Positions 1 through 10,273 of a DNA stretch of 59,800 bases are shown here, piece after piece. The stretch comes from Rhodanobacter sp. (GTDB lineage Bacteria > Pseudomonadota > Gammaproteobacteria > Xanthomonadales > Rhodanobacteraceae), in NCBI GenBank assembly GCA_035277325.1, contig DATEKS010000065.1, forward strand, positions 1 through 59,800, given 5' to 3'. A program made the translations under genes and the position numbers. The number at the start of each line of letters is the position of its first letter. The stretch's first letter is position 1. Below the pieces are notes generated by a model. That model had not been told where the DNA came from, searched no databases, and was given only the letters and a program-made list of their open reading frames with translations.

Positions 1-559
1 CGCCGTAGCCGCTCTTGGTCGACTGGCTCTTGTCGTCCCAGTCGTAGCGGTAGCCGCCTTCCACGCGCACGTCGGAGCTGTCGGTGATCGACTTCGACAG
101 GCCCAGGCCCAGTTCGGCCGCCGGCGCCCAGTCGCTGTCCACAGGGTTCTTGTGATGGCTACCCATCACGCCTGCCAGCAGGTAGGGACGCCATGCTGCG
201 CTGCCCAGGTAGTAACGCACGGCGACGCCGACGTTGTTGCTGGCCCAGTTACCGGCATGGTGGTCGATCTTGCGCTTGGTGCGGTCGAAGAACAGATCCA
301 CCGAGGTATTGGACGAAATGAACTTGCCCACCCCGAGGCCGTAATAGACCTGACGGCTGTTGGTGTTGCGGTCCGTGTCGTTGTAGTAGCCACCGATGGT
401 CGGCGCGATGTACCAGCGATCATCGAAGCCGTTCGGCCATGCCGGAGCAGCGGTGCTGTCGCTGCTGGCCGCGGTCGTCGCCGTATTGTCCTGCGCATGA
501 ACGGCACCCACGCCGCCCAAGGCCAGGGCAACCATGAAATAAAGGCCCTTGTGTTTCAT
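1..559 (-). CDS. OmpA/MopB-like outer-membrane protein, N-terminal beta-barrel part (runs off the left edge)
   Basis: Not in the ORF track; translated by hand: MKHKGLYFMVALALGGVGAVHAQD...FDDRWYIAPTIGGYYND...WRPYLLAGVMG...VRVEGGYRYDWDD. Signal peptide, alternating beta-strand pattern, GGAGAG SD upstream. Confidence 0.8.
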   Translation of the reverse strand, partial: MKHKGLYFMVALALGGVGAVHAQDNTATTAASSDSTAAPAWPNGFDDRWYIAPTIGGYYNDTDRNTNSRQVYYGLGVGKFISSNTSVDLFFDRTKRKIDHHAGNWASNNVGVAVRYYLGSAAWRPYLLAGVMGSHHKNPVDSDWAPAAELGLGLSKSITDSSDVRVEGGYRYDWDDKSQSTKSGYG

Positions 560-652
560 CAGGTCTCTCCTTTTCGTTATTCAAACAATCGCATCTGCTT
601 TCTGATGCGGCGACTCTCGCCCGAACTAGGCCGAGCTATTCGGCTTTACGCA

Positions 653-681
653 AAAATAACACAACGCAAATCCCGCGACAA
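653..681 (-). promoter_or_regulatory. Putative sigma70 promoter of the ompA-like gene
   Basis: Minus strand TTGTCG-N17-TATTTT in an AT-rich patch about 95 bp upstream of the ATG. Confidence 0.45.
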
Positions 682-743
682 TTTACGAAACCGATGCTGT
701 CATGCAGCATACGCCTTCGGCAAGATTTGCCGCCAAGGCGTAT

Positions 744-2195
744 TCAGAGCGTGAACAAGCCGAGGAACTGCTGGATTGGCATGGCATCCAGCGCCGCCGG
801 ATCGCGGGTGGCCTCCAGGATCGCCTTGACCTTGTGCGCCGGCAGATGGCCGCGCATGGCCGCCTCGAATTTCTTCAGCAACACCGGGATGCCCTCGGCG
901 CGGCGCTTGCGGTGGCCGATCGGATAGTCGACGGAGACCTTCTCGGTGCTGCTGCCGTCTTTGAAGAACACTTGAACCGAGTTGCCGATGTAGCGCTTCT
1001 CAGGGTCGAAGTAATCCTTGGTGAACTGCGGGTTCTCGCTCACCACCATCTTGTCGCGCAGGGCGTCGATGCGCGGATCCGCGGCCACCTCGTCGTTGTA
1101 GTCGTCAGCGGTGAGGCGGCCGAAGATCAGCGGCACGGCGACCATGTACTGGATGCAGTGGTCGCGGTCGGCATAGTTCGCCAGTGGGCCGGTCTTGTCG
1201 ATGATGCGGCAACCGGCCTCCTGGGTCTCGATCACCACCTTCTCGATCTGGTCGAGCTTGCCGGCGACCTGGCCGTGCAGTTTCATCGCGCACTCCACCG
1301 CGGTCTGCGCGTGGAACTCGGCGGGAAAGCTGATCTTGAACAGCACGTTCTCCATCACGTAGCTGCCGAACGGGCGCTCGAACTCGAAGGCATTGCCCTT
1401 GAACGCCACATCGTAGAAGCCCCAGGTCTTCGCCGACAGCGCCGACGGGTAGCCCACCACGCCGCGGTATACCGCGTTGATCGCATGGGTGACGGCGCGG
1501 CGGCAGGCGTCGCCTGCGGCCCAGCTCTTGCGCGGCCCGGTGTTCGGCGCATGGCGGTAGGTACGCAGCGCGCCGTTGTCGATCCAACTGTGCGACACGG
1601 CGGTGGTGATTTGCTCCTTGTCGCCGCCCAGCATGTGCGTGGTCACCGCGGTGGAAGCCAGGCGCACGAGGATCACATGGTCCTGGCCCACGCGGTTGAA
1701 GCTGTTCTTCAACGCGTAGCAGCCCTGGATCTCGTGGGCCTTGATGGCGTAGCCCAGCACATCGCGCACGGTCGGTGCGTGGCCACCCTCGCGCTCGGCC
1801 CTGCGCCCCTGCCAGTCGGCCACGGCGAGAATGGAACCCAGGTTGTCCGACGGATGGCCCCATTCGGCGGCCAGCCAGGTGTCGTTGAAATCCAGCCACC
1901 GGATCTGCGTGCCGATCGCGAAAGCGGCCTGTACCGGATCCAGCTCGTGGCTGGTGCCTGGCACGCGCGCGCCGCCCGGCAAGCTGGCGCCCGGCACCAC
2001 GGGACCGAGGTGCTTCACGCACTCGGGGAACTTCATCGCCATCATCGCGGTGGCGAGCGAATCCAGCAGCATGTAGCGTGCGGTGTCGTAGGCCTCCTTC
2101 GACTCGATCCGGTAATCCGCCACGTAGTTGGCGATGTCCACCATCGGCTGGTCGGGATCGGGGCGAACGGCGGAACGGATGTCGTGGGCGCTCAT
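744..2195 (-). CDS. prpD: 2-methylcitrate dehydratase
   Basis: IRWLDFNDTWLAAEWGHPSDN, RHAPNTGPRKSWAAGDA, FKISFPAEFHAQTAVE motifs; near prpBC. Confidence 0.95.
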   Translation of the reverse strand: MSAHDIRSAVRPDPDQPMVDIANYVADYRIESKEAYDTARYMLLDSLATAMMAMKFPECVKHLGPVVPGASLPGGARVPGTSHELDPVQAAFAIGTQIRWLDFNDTWLAAEWGHPSDNLGSILAVADWQGRRAEREGGHAPTVRDVLGYAIKAHEIQGCYALKNSFNRVGQDHVILVRLASTAVTTHMLGGDKEQITTAVSHSWIDNGALRTYRHAPNTGPRKSWAAGDACRRAVTHAINAVYRGVVGYPSALSAKTWGFYDVAFKGNAFEFERPFGSYVMENVLFKISFPAEFHAQTAVECAMKLHGQVAGKLDQIEKVVIETQEAGCRIIDKTGPLANYADRDHCIQYMVAVPLIFGRLTADDYNDEVAADPRIDALRDKMVVSENPQFTKDYFDPEKRYIGNSVQVFFKDGSSTEKVSVDYPIGHRKRRAEGIPVLLKKFEAAMRGHLPAHKVKAILEATRDPAALDAMPIQQFLGLFTL

Positions 2196-2308
2196 GGCGA
2201 ATCTCGCGGCGAAGGGAAACGCCCATTGTATCTGGCTTGCGCCACCGGCTGGAATGCGGTGCGCTTGACCCCTGCCCGGCCCACCACGAAAATGCCGGGA
2301 CTACCACC

Positions 2309-2417
2309 CAAAGGGGAGTAGTTCCGGATGCAATCCTGCATCCGTGCGGTGTTCGTCATCACGAGCGAAGCCTCGCTCCGGACACCGCGGCGGCCGATGT
2401 CGCGAACGAGACTTTTG
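2309..2417 (+). ncRNA. yybP-ykoY manganese riboswitch
   Basis: CAAAGGGGAGTAG...TTCGTCATCACG...CCGG...AACGAGACTTTTG matches the conserved yybP-ykoY core; the 5' CAAAG and 3' CTTTTG ends pair; lies directly upstream of a TerC-family gene, the usual context. Confidence 0.85.
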
Positions 2418-2480
2418 CGGTGACGACGGTCCTGCGCGCGTCCGTCGTCGCTGCATGTCCTCAGCGCGTCGGATCGCCAA

Positions 2481-3143
2481 ATGGAACCCCTCACCAGCTT
2501 TCTCTCCGGCCTGTTCACCATCGTCCTGCTCGACCTGGTGCTGGCCGGCGACAACGCCATCGTGATCGCACTGGCCGCGCGCAGGCTGCCCAAGCCCTTG
2601 CAGAAGAAGGCCGTGTTCTGGGGCAGCTTCGGCGCCGTCGCCGTGCGCATCGCACTTACCGCCGTGGTGGTCTGGCTGCTGAAGTTGCCGGGTCTGATGC
2701 TGGCAGGCGGCCTATTGCTGCTGCCGATCGCCTGGAAGCTGCTGAAGCAGGACGATGCACCGCACGACGTCGCGGCAGCCGGCAGCTTCTGGGCCGCGCT
2801 GCGCATCATCATCGTCGCCGACGCACTGATGGGGCTGGACAACGTGCTGGCGATCGCCGGCGCGTCACACGGCGACCTGCTGCTGGTGGTGCTCGGCCTG
2901 CTGATCAGCGTGCCGCTGGTGGTGTGGGGCTCGACCCTGATCCTGAAGCTGATCGAGCGCTTCCCCGTCATCGTCTACCTCGGCGCCGGCGCGATCGCCT
3001 GGACGGCAGGCCGCATGATCGCGCACGACCATCTGCTGCACGCCTGGTTCGTCTCGCGTGCCTGGATGGGATATCTGCTGGACGTCGTGCTGGTCGCCGG
3101 CATCTGCGGTGGAGGCTGGTGGATGCGGCGCCACCGCAGCTGA
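2481..3143 (+). CDS. TerC-family membrane protein (YjbE/Alx-like), probable Mn2+ homeostasis
   Basis: LLDLVLAGDNAIVIALA and IIVADALMGLDNVLAIAG TerC motifs; multiple hydrophobic helices. Confidence 0.9.
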   Translation: MEPLTSFLSGLFTIVLLDLVLAGDNAIVIALAARRLPKPLQKKAVFWGSFGAVAVRIALTAVVVWLLKLPGLMLAGGLLLLPIAWKLLKQDDAPHDVAAAGSFWAALRIIIVADALMGLDNVLAIAGASHGDLLLVVLGLLISVPLVVWGSTLILKLIERFPVIVYLGAGAIAWTAGRMIAHDHLLHAWFVSRAWMGYLLDVVLVAGICGGGWWMRRHRS

Positions 3144-3344
3144 ATGTCTGCCCGACACGTCGTCGTCAATCGTACTGTCACAGCGGCATCCGACGTCGTG
3201 CCAGTTCCCGCCACCACGATCAAATGGTCGAAGCCGCAACGCGCCGGCACAGGACTTGTCGCCATCCGCGACGCGCGGGCTGCATCAGGCTTGCAACGGC
3301 TGCAACGGGCATCCGAGCCGTCGACACGGATGGCAGCCACACCC

Positions 3345-3376
3345 ACGAAAAAGGGAGCCTCGCGGCTCCCTTCGTG
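3345..3376. terminator. Intrinsic terminator between convergent terC and prpC
   Basis: AAAAAGGGAGCC-TCGC-GGCTCCCTT hairpin; the A-run gives a U-tract on the minus (prpC) strand. Confidence 0.75.
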
Positions 3377-3394
3377 CTTCGGTTTTCCGGCGGC

Positions 3395-4540
3395 TCAACG
3401 CTTGTCGATCGGCACGTAGACCTGGTCTTCCGGCCCGATGTAGTTCGCGCTGGGGCGGATGATCTTGCCGTCCTGGCGCTGCTCGATCACGTGCGCGCTC
3501 CAGCCGGAGGTGCGGGCGATCACGAACAGCGGCGTGAACATCGCGGTGGGCACGCCCATCATGTGGTAGGCGCTGGCCGAGTACCAGTCGAGGTTGGGGA
3601 ACATCTTCTTGATCTCGCCCATCACCTTCTCGATGCGCTCGGAGACGTCGAACAGCACCGGGTTGCCGCCGTCGGTGCAGAGCTTGCGCGAGATCTCCTT
3701 GATGATCACGTTGCGAGGGTCGGACACCGTGTACACCGGGTGGCCGAAGCCGATGATGATCTCCTTGCGCTCCACCCGAGCGCGGATGTCCGCCTCGGCC
3801 TCGTCGGCACTGCGGTAGCGCGCGATGATCTCCATCGCCACCTCGTTCGCGCCGCCGTGCTTCGGCCCGCGCAGCGCGCCGATCGCGCCGGTGATGGCCG
3901 AGTACATGTCTGAGCCGGTGCCGGCGATCACGCGCGCGGTGAAGGTGCTGGCGTTGAACTCGTGCTCGGCGTACAGCACCAGCGACTTGTCCAGCGCGTT
4001 GGCGTGTAACTCGCTGGGCGCCTTGCCGTGCAGCACGTGCAGGAAGTGCGCGGCAATGGACTCGTCGTCGGTCTCGGTCTCGACGCGCTTGCCGTTATGG
4101 CTGAAGTGGTACCAGTACAGCAGCATCGAGCCGAAGCTGGCCATCAGGCGGTCGGCGATGTCGCGCGCGCCGGTGACGTTGTGGTCGTCCTTCTCCGGCA
4201 GCACGGTGCCCAGCACCGAGCAGCCGGTGCGCAGCACGTCCATCGGGTGGGTGGCGGCGGGCAGCAGCTCCAGCGCGGCTTTCACCGGCGCCGGCAGGCC
4301 GCGCAGGCGCTTCAGCCTGGCCTTGTAGTTCTGCAGTTCGGTCCAGTTCGGCAGCACGCCGTAGACCAGCAGGTGCGCCACTTCCTCGAAGCAACCCTTG
4401 GCCGCCAGGTCATGGATGTCGTAGCCGCGGTAATGCAGGTCGTTGCCGCTGCGGCCCACCGTGCACAGCGCGGTGTTGCCGGCGGCCACGCCGGACAGCG
4501 CCACGGATTTCTTGGCCTTGGGAAGGACTTGCTCGCTCAT
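3395..4540 (-). CDS. prpC: 2-methylcitrate synthase
   Basis: [53 protein letters not shown] citrate-synthase motifs. Confidence 0.95.
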   Translation of the reverse strand: MSEQVLPKAKKSVALSGVAAGNTALCTVGRSGNDLHYRGYDIHDLAAKGCFEEVAHLLVYGVLPNWTELQNYKARLKRLRGLPAPVKAALELLPAATHPMDVLRTGCSVLGTVLPEKDDHNVTGARDIADRLMASFGSMLLYWYHFSHNGKRVETETDDESIAAHFLHVLHGKAPSELHANALDKSLVLYAEHEFNASTFTARVIAGTGSDMYSAITGAIGALRGPKHGGANEVAMEIIARYRSADEAEADIRARVERKEIIIGFGHPVYTVSDPRNVIIKEISRKLCTDGGNPVLFDVSERIEKVMGEIKKMFPNLDWYSASAYHMMGVPTAMFTPLFVIARTSGWSAHVIEQRQDGKIIRPSANYIGPEDQVYVPIDKR

Positions 4541-4604
4541 CGGATGCTTCTCCTCGAGTACAAACGAAACCGGCCGGTGCGGAACGCCGGCCGGCGAAAC
4601 GGAT

Positions 4605-5492
4605 TCAGTCTTTCTTGCCCGCGAACAGCGCGTCGAGCTTGTCTTCGTAGGCGTGGTAGCCCAGGAAGTCGTACAGCTCCTCGCGCGTCTGCAAGGTGTC
4701 GATGATGTGCTTCTGCGTGCCCTCGCGGCGCACCGTCTCGTAGAAGTTCAGCGCCGCCTTGTTCATGGCGCGGTAGGCGCCGCAGCAGTACAGCGCGATG
4801 TCCACGTTGGCCGAGCGCAGCTCATCGGTGGTGAAGAACGGCGTGGAGCCGAACTCGGTGAGGTTGGCGAGGATCGGCACCTTCACCGCCGCCTTGAACT
4901 TGCGGTAGTCGTCCAGCGTCTTCATCGCCTCGGGGAAGATCATGTCTGCGCCGGCTTCGACGTAGGCGCAGGCGCGGTCGATGGCGGCATCGATGCCTTC
5001 CACCGCGGCAGCGTCGGTACGCGCCATCACCACGAAACCCGCGTCGGTCTTCGCATCCACCGCAGCTTTCACACGGTCGACCATCTCTTCCTTCGGCACC
5101 ACTTCCTTGCCGGGGCGGTGGCCGCAGCGCTTCTGGCCAACCTGGTCCTCGATGTGCACCGCGGCCACGCCGATGCGCTCGAAGTTGCGGATGGTGCGCG
5201 CGATGTTGAACGCCCCGCCCCAGCCGGTGTCGATGTCCACCAGCAGCGGCAGGCCGGTGGCGTCGACGATACGGCGCGCGTCGGTGAGCACGTCTTCCAT
5301 CGTCGAGATGCCGAGGTCGGGCATGCCCAGCGAATTGGCGGCCACGCCGCCACCGGACAGGTACAGCGCCTTGTAACCCACGCGCCTGGCCATCAGGCCG
5401 GCGTAGGCGGTGATCGCACCGATCACCTGCAGCGGGGATTCGGCGGCAAGCGCGGCGCGGAAGCGGGCGCCCGCAGTGGCTGACTGTGTCAT
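4605..5492 (-). CDS. prpB: 2-methylisocitrate lyase
   Basis: [14 protein letters not shown] and KRCGHRPGK motifs. Confidence 0.95.
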   Translation of the reverse strand: MTQSATAGARFRAALAAESPLQVIGAITAYAGLMARRVGYKALYLSGGGVAANSLGMPDLGISTMEDVLTDARRIVDATGLPLLVDIDTGWGGAFNIARTIRNFERIGVAAVHIEDQVGQKRCGHRPGKEVVPKEEMVDRVKAAVDAKTDAGFVVMARTDAAAVEGIDAAIDRACAYVEAGADMIFPEAMKTLDDYRKFKAAVKVPILANLTEFGSTPFFTTDELRSANVDIALYCCGAYRAMNKAALNFYETVRREGTQKHIIDTLQTREELYDFLGYHAYEDKLDALFAGKKD

Positions 5493-5638
5493 GTGGCCTC
5501 CGTCAAAACGGGCATTTTAGCCCACGCGGTCGCGCAGCCGGCATAGGACGTTCGCCGGGTCGCCCATGCATGCCCGCGCGGCTGCGCGACGGCATGCCTC
5601 GCCGAGCGCCTCTTGCGTATCGCGCGGCCGGCCATACC

Positions 5639-5675
5639 ATAGTCTTTGACAATGGCATCCATGCCAACAATCAAT
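5639..5675 (+). promoter_or_regulatory. OxyR binding site upstream of ahpC
   Basis: ATAG-N7-CAAT-N7-ATGC-N7-CAAT has the spacing of the ATAG-N7-CTAT-N7-ATAG-N7-CTAT OxyR consensus and ends 65 bp before ahpC. Confidence 0.75.
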
Positions 5676-5740
5676 TGGATTGATTGTGAGTCACCACCTA
5701 ACCTTCATCACAAGCTTTCAACCACCACGGAGCAACACAG

Positions 5741-6304
5741 ATGTCGCTTATCAACACCGAAGTGAAACCCTTCAAGGCGCAGGCGTTCAAGGCCGGCAAC
5801 TTCATCGAAGTGACCGAGGCCGATCTCAAGAACAAGTGGTCCGTCGTGTTCTTCTACCCCGCCGATTTCACCTTCGTCTGCCCGACCGAGCTGGAAGACC
5901 TGGCCGACAACTACGCCGAGTTCCAGAAGCTGGGCGTGGAGATCTACAGCGTCTCGACCGACACCCACTTCTCGCACAAGGCCTGGCACGACACCTCCGA
6001 CGCCGTGAAGAAGATCGGCTACACCATGGTGGGCGACCCCACCCACGCGATCAGCCGCAACTTCGAGGTGCTGATCGAGGACGCCGGCCTAGCCGACCGC
6101 GGCACCTTCGTGGTCGACCCGCAGGGCAAGATCCAGATCGTCGAGATCACCGCCGGCGGCATCGGCCGCGACGCGAAGGAACTGCTGCGCAAGGTGAAGG
6201 CCGCGCAGTACGTCGCCAGCCACCCGGGCGAAGTGTGCCCGGCCAAGTGGAAGGAAGGCGAGAAGACCCTGGCCCCCTCGCTGGACCTGGTCGGCAAGAT
6301 CTGA
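5741..6304 (+). CDS. ahpC: Alkyl hydroperoxide reductase subunit C
   Basis: [14 protein letters not shown] and GEVCPAKW 2-Cys peroxiredoxin motifs, 187 aa. Confidence 0.97.
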   Translation: MSLINTEVKPFKAQAFKAGNFIEVTEADLKNKWSVVFFYPADFTFVCPTELEDLADNYAEFQKLGVEIYSVSTDTHFSHKAWHDTSDAVKKIGYTMVGDPTHAISRNFEVLIEDAGLADRGTFVVDPQGKIQIVEITAGGIGRDAKELLRKVKAAQYVASHPGEVCPAKWKEGEKTLAPSLDLVGKI

Positions 6305-6473
6305 TTCCCCGCTGTACCTCCGGACCCGGGCGCGCCGCGCCCGGGTTCCCCCGAGGATGCTTGTGCCAGCGGCCGGTGCCCGGCTTCGCCCCCTCCGCAG
6401 CCGCCTCCCCCCACGCGCCGGCCGCTGCCACAAGCCTCTCTCCCCTTTCCCCATCCCCACCGGAGTGGTCACC

Positions 6474-8060
6474 ATGCTTGATGCAGCCATCAAGACCCAG
6501 CTCGCGGGCTACCTGGAAAAACTCACGCAGCCGATCGAGCTCGTCGCCGCGCTGGATGACAGCGCGAAGTCACGCGAGCTGGACGAACTGCTGCACGAAA
6601 TCGCCGCGATGAGCGACAAGATCGACCTGCGCCGCGACGACAGCGAGCCGCGCAAGCCCTCGTTCGCGATCAACCGCGTCGGCACCGACATCGGCGTGCG
6701 CTTCGCCGGCATCCCGCTGGGCCACGAGTTCACCTCGCTGGTGCTGGCGCTGCTGCAGGTGGGCGGGCATCCGTCCCGGGCCGCAGCCGAGACCATCGCC
6801 CAGGTGCAGAACCTCGAAGGCGAGTTCCGTTTCGAAACGTATTTTTCGCTGTCCTGCCAGAACTGCCCGGACGTGGTGCAGGCGCTCAACCTGATGAGCG
6901 TGCTGAACCCCAACGTCAAGCACGTCGCCATCGACGGCGCGCTGTACCAGGACGAGGTGGATCGCCGCCAGATCATGTCGGTGCCCACCGTGTACCTGAA
7001 CGGCGAAGTGTTCGACCAGGGCCGCATGAGCCTGGAACAGATCGTGGCGAAGCTCGACACCGGCGCCGCCGCGCGCGCCGCCGAAGCCATCAAGACCAAG
7101 CAGGCCTTCGACGTGCTGGTTGTGGGCGGCGGTCCCGCTGGCGCCGCGGCGGCGATCTACGCCGCGCGCAAGGGCATCCGCACCGGCGTGGCGGCCGAAC
7201 GCTTCGGCGGCCAGGTGCTGGACACCATGGCGATCGAGAACTTCATCTCGGTCGACTACACCGAAGGCCCCAAGCTGGGCGCCGCGCTGGAACAGCACGT
7301 CCGCAACTACGACGTGGACATCATGAACCTGCAGCGCGCCACGAAGCTGGTGCCCGCCAGCGAATCCGCCGACGGCCTGGTCGAGGTGCAGCTGGAGAAC
7401 GGCGCCAGCCTGAAGGCGAAGTCGGTGGTGCTTTCCACCGGCGCGCGCTGGCGGCAGATGGGCGTGCCCGGCGAGAGCGAGTACCGCAACAAGGGTGTGG
7501 CCTACTGCCCGCACTGCGACGGTCCGCTGTTCAAGGGCAAGCGCGTGGCGGTGATCGGCGGCGGCAACTCCGGTGTGGAAGCGGCCATCGACCTCGCCGG
7601 CATCGTGGCCCACGTCACCCTGATCGAGTTCGACGGCAAGCTGCGCGCCGACGAGGTGCTGCAGCGCAAGCTGCGCAGCCTGCCGAACGTGGATGTGATC
7701 GTCAGCGCGCAAAGCACCGAAGTGCTCGGCGACGGCCAGAAGGTCAGCGGTCTGGTCTACAAGGACCGCACCGACGGCACTATGCACAGCCTCACGCTGG
7801 AAGGCATCTTCGTGCAGATCGGCCTGCTGCCGAACACCGAGTGGCTGAAAGGCACGCTGGAACTCAGCCCGCGCGGCGAGATCGTGATCGACGCGCGCGG
7901 CCAGACTTCGCTGCCCGGCGTGTTCGCCGCCGGCGACGCCACCACGGTGCCGTACAAGCAGATCGTGATCGCGATGGGCGCGGGTTCCACCGCTGCACTC
8001 GGTGCATTCGATCATCTGATCCGCACCTCAGCACCGATGGCCGAGACTGCTGCAGCCTGA
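6474..8060 (+). CDS. ahpF: Alkyl hydroperoxide reductase subunit F
   Basis: Start [10 protein letters not shown] after GGAG; SCQNCPD, GGGPAG, YCPHCDG, GGGNSG motifs. Confidence 0.95.
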   Translation: MLDAAIKTQLAGYLEKLTQPIELVAALDDSAKSRELDELLHEIAAMSDKIDLRRDDSEPRKPSFAINRVGTDIGVRFAGIPLGHEFTSLVLALLQVGGHPSRAAAETIAQVQNLEGEFRFETYFSLSCQNCPDVVQALNLMSVLNPNVKHVAIDGALYQDEVDRRQIMSVPTVYLNGEVFDQGRMSLEQIVAKLDTGAAARAAEAIKTKQAFDVLVVGGGPAGAAAAIYAARKGIRTGVAAERFGGQVLDTMAIENFISVDYTEGPKLGAALEQHVRNYDVDIMNLQRATKLVPASESADGLVEVQLENGASLKAKSVVLSTGARWRQMGVPGESEYRNKGVAYCPHCDGPLFKGKRVAVIGGGNSGVEAAIDLAGIVAHVTLIEFDGKLRADEVLQRKLRSLPNVDVIVSAQSTEVLGDGQKVSGLVYKDRTDGTMHSLTLEGIFVQIGLLPNTEWLKGTLELSPRGEIVIDARGQTSLPGVFAAGDATTVPYKQIVIAMGAGSTAALGAFDHLIRTSAPMAETAAA

Positions 8061-8075
8061 CGGCTCTTGATTGAG

Positions 8076-8183
8076 CCCTCTCCCATCGGGAGAGGGGTTG
8101 GGGTGAGGGTGCGGCCATCGCGGGACATACGCTTCGCCCGTACCCTCACCCGCCTGCCGGCACCCTCTCCCAAAGGGAGAGGG
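8076..8183. repeat. REP-like doublet (CCCTCTCCC-N3-GGGAGAGGG family), intergenic copy between convergent ahpF and prpE
   Basis: Two hairpins CCCTCTCCCatcGGGAGAGGG and CCCTCTCCCaaaGGGAGAGGG with inner GGGTGAGGGT/ACCCTCACCC arms; related copies at 41463 and 47571. Confidence 0.85.
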
Positions 8184-8224
8184 ATTTACCCATGCCGGTC
8201 AATGCTTGTCTGGATAGCCCCGCC

Positions 8225-10120
8225 TCAATTTCCCTGGTCCGGCCCCCGTTCCAGCGCCTTGCGGATTTCCTCCAGTGCCGCCGGATCGTCCAGCGTGGAG
8301 AGATCGCCCGGGTCGCGCTGCTCGGCCAGCGCCTGCAGCGAGCGGCGCAACAGTTTGCCGGAGCGCGTCTTGGGCAACGCATTGACCACGTACACCCGCG
8401 CCGGCCTTGCCACGCTGCCGAGCTGGTCCACCACGCATTGCTGCATGCCGCGCGCCACTTCCGCGGCAGCATTCCCAGCGTCCTGTTTCAGCGTGGCGAA
8501 CACCACCGGCACCTGTCCCTTCAGCTCATCCTTCACGCCGATCACCGCCGCTTCGGCTACCGCCGGATGGCCGGCCACGGACTCCTCGATCTCGCGCGTG
8601 CCCAGGCGATGCCCGGCTACGTTGATCACGTCGTCGGTGCGGCCGAGGATGAAGGTGTAGCCGTCTTCGTCGCGAATCGCCCAGTCCAGCGAGCTGTAGA
8701 CCAGTTCGCGGAAGTGGCTGAAATAGCTGTGCACGTAGCGGTCGTCATCGCGCCAGATGGTGCTCAGGCAACCCGGTGGCAACGGCGGCTCCAGCACCAG
8801 CACGCCCTTGCTGCCGGCCGGCACTTCCTTGCCCGTGTTCTCGTCGATCACCTTCATCCGGTAGCCCGGCGCCGGCAGGCCCGGCGAGCCGAGCTTGGCC
8901 GGCTTCATCTCCAGTCCCGGCATCAGGGTGATCGCCGGCCAGCCGGTTTCGGTCTGCCAGTAGTTGTCGACCACCGGTACGCCCAGTTCCGCGTTGATCC
9001 ATTGCGAGGTGGGCTCGTCCAGCGGTTCGCCAGCGAGGAACAGCCACTTCAGCTTCGACAGGTCGTGCGCGTGCAGCCAACTGGCGTCCTGCTTCTTCAG
9101 CACGCGGATCGCGGTGGGCGAGGAGAACATGCTGCGCACACCGTACTTCTCGCACAGGCCCCACCACACACCGGGATCGGGTCGCGTGGGCAAGCCTTCG
9201 TATAGCAGCGAGGTGGCGCCGCCGATCAGCGGGCCGTACACATTGTAGGAGTGCCCCACCGCCCAGCCCACGTCGGAAGTGGAGAACATCACCTGCCCCG
9301 GCGCGATGTCGAAGATGCAGCGTATCGACATCGCCATCGCCACGGCGTAGCCGCCGGTATCGCGCTGCACACCCTTGGGTTTGCCGGTGGTGCCGGACGT
9401 ATAGAGCAGGTAGCTGGGTTCGTTCGACTCCAGCCATGCGACTGGCACTTCCGTGCCATCGTGCTTTGCCCGCAATTCGGCGTAATCCACGTCACGACCA
9501 GGCACGCGGTTCATCTGCGGATCGAGCCCGCGATCGACCACCAGCACCTTGGGCGGCGGCGCCGAGGCTTCGTTCAAGGCGGCGTCGACCAGCGGCTTGT
9601 ACGGGATCACCTTGCCCGCGCGCATGCCGGCATCGGCGCAGACCAGCAGCTTCGGCTGCGCGTCGTCGATGCGCAGCGCGAGGTTGTGTGCCGCGAAGCC
9701 GCCGAACACCACCGAATGGATCGCGCCGATGCGTGTGCAGGCCAGCATCGCGAACACCGCCTCGGCGATGTTCGGCAGGTAGATCACCACGCGGTCGCCC
9801 TTGCCTACGCCGAGCGATCGCAGCACCGAGGCGAAGGCGTTCACCTCGCGATGCAATTCGCGATACGTGAACTCGCGCGTGATGCCGGTCTCGCTAGATA
9901 TCGCCACCAGCGCCAGTTGTTCCGCCCGTTCGGCGAGATGGCGATCCACCGCGTTATGGCAGAGGTTGGTGGTGCCGCCCACGAACCAGCGGCGGAACGG
10001 CGGCTTCGACTGGTCGAGAACCTGCCGCGGCGGCGTATCCCAGTGGATGCGCCGCGCCTGCTCGGCCCAGAACAGCTCCGGCTGCTCGACCGATTGCCGG
10101 TAGAACGATTCGTAGTCCAT
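8225..10120 (-). CDS. prpE: Propionate--CoA ligase
   Basis: Start MDYESFY after GGAGG; YTSGTTGKPKG, DNYWQTETG, LPKTRSGK motifs; prp context. Confidence 0.9.
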   Translation of the reverse strand: MDYESFYRQSVEQPELFWAEQARRIHWDTPPRQVLDQSKPPFRRWFVGGTTNLCHNAVDRHLAERAEQLALVAISSETGITREFTYRELHREVNAFASVLRSLGVGKGDRVVIYLPNIAEAVFAMLACTRIGAIHSVVFGGFAAHNLALRIDDAQPKLLVCADAGMRAGKVIPYKPLVDAALNEASAPPPKVLVVDRGLDPQMNRVPGRDVDYAELRAKHDGTEVPVAWLESNEPSYLLYTSGTTGKPKGVQRDTGGYAVAMAMSIRCIFDIAPGQVMFSTSDVGWAVGHSYNVYGPLIGGATSLLYEGLPTRPDPGVWWGLCEKYGVRSMFSSPTAIRVLKKQDASWLHAHDLSKLKWLFLAGEPLDEPTSQWINAELGVPVVDNYWQTETGWPAITLMPGLEMKPAKLGSPGLPAPGYRMKVIDENTGKEVPAGSKGVLVLEPPLPPGCLSTIWRDDDRYVHSYFSHFRELVYSSLDWAIRDEDGYTFILGRTDDVINVAGHRLGTREIEESVAGHPAVAEAAVIGVKDELKGQVPVVFATLKQDAGNAAAEVARGMQQCVVDQLGSVARPARVYVVNALPKTRSGKLLRRSLQALAEQRDPGDLSTLDDPAALEEIRKALERGPDQGN

Positions 10121-10221
10121 GCCCGCCTCCACGCCGACCCGCCTCAAGCCTAGCCTCGGCGTCGCCGCTTGGGCAGCGCGACGATGGTCGCAATCACCGT
10201 GCCCATCCTTGCGCTGAAACG

Positions 10222-10251
10222 AAGAAGGGCGGCCGAAGCCGCCCTTCCCTT
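10222..10251 (-). terminator. Probable terminator hairpin after mdh
   Basis: GAAGGGCGGC-CGAA-GCCGCCCTTC hairpin followed by TTCGTTT on the minus strand. Confidence 0.6.
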
Positions 10252-10273
10252 CAAGCAAGCGCAGCGCGCCTGC

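Noticed and set aside
702-2321. Long opposite-strand or alternate-frame ORFs (e.g. 702-2321, 28906-30828, 34295-37156, 35082-37529, 48096-50957)
   Set aside because: Shadow ORFs of well-supported genes, expected from high GC3 codon bias; no motifs.
8067-8660. ORF beginning MIEPSPIGRGVGVRV
   Set aside because: Translation of the REP-like repeat plus the antisense of prpE.
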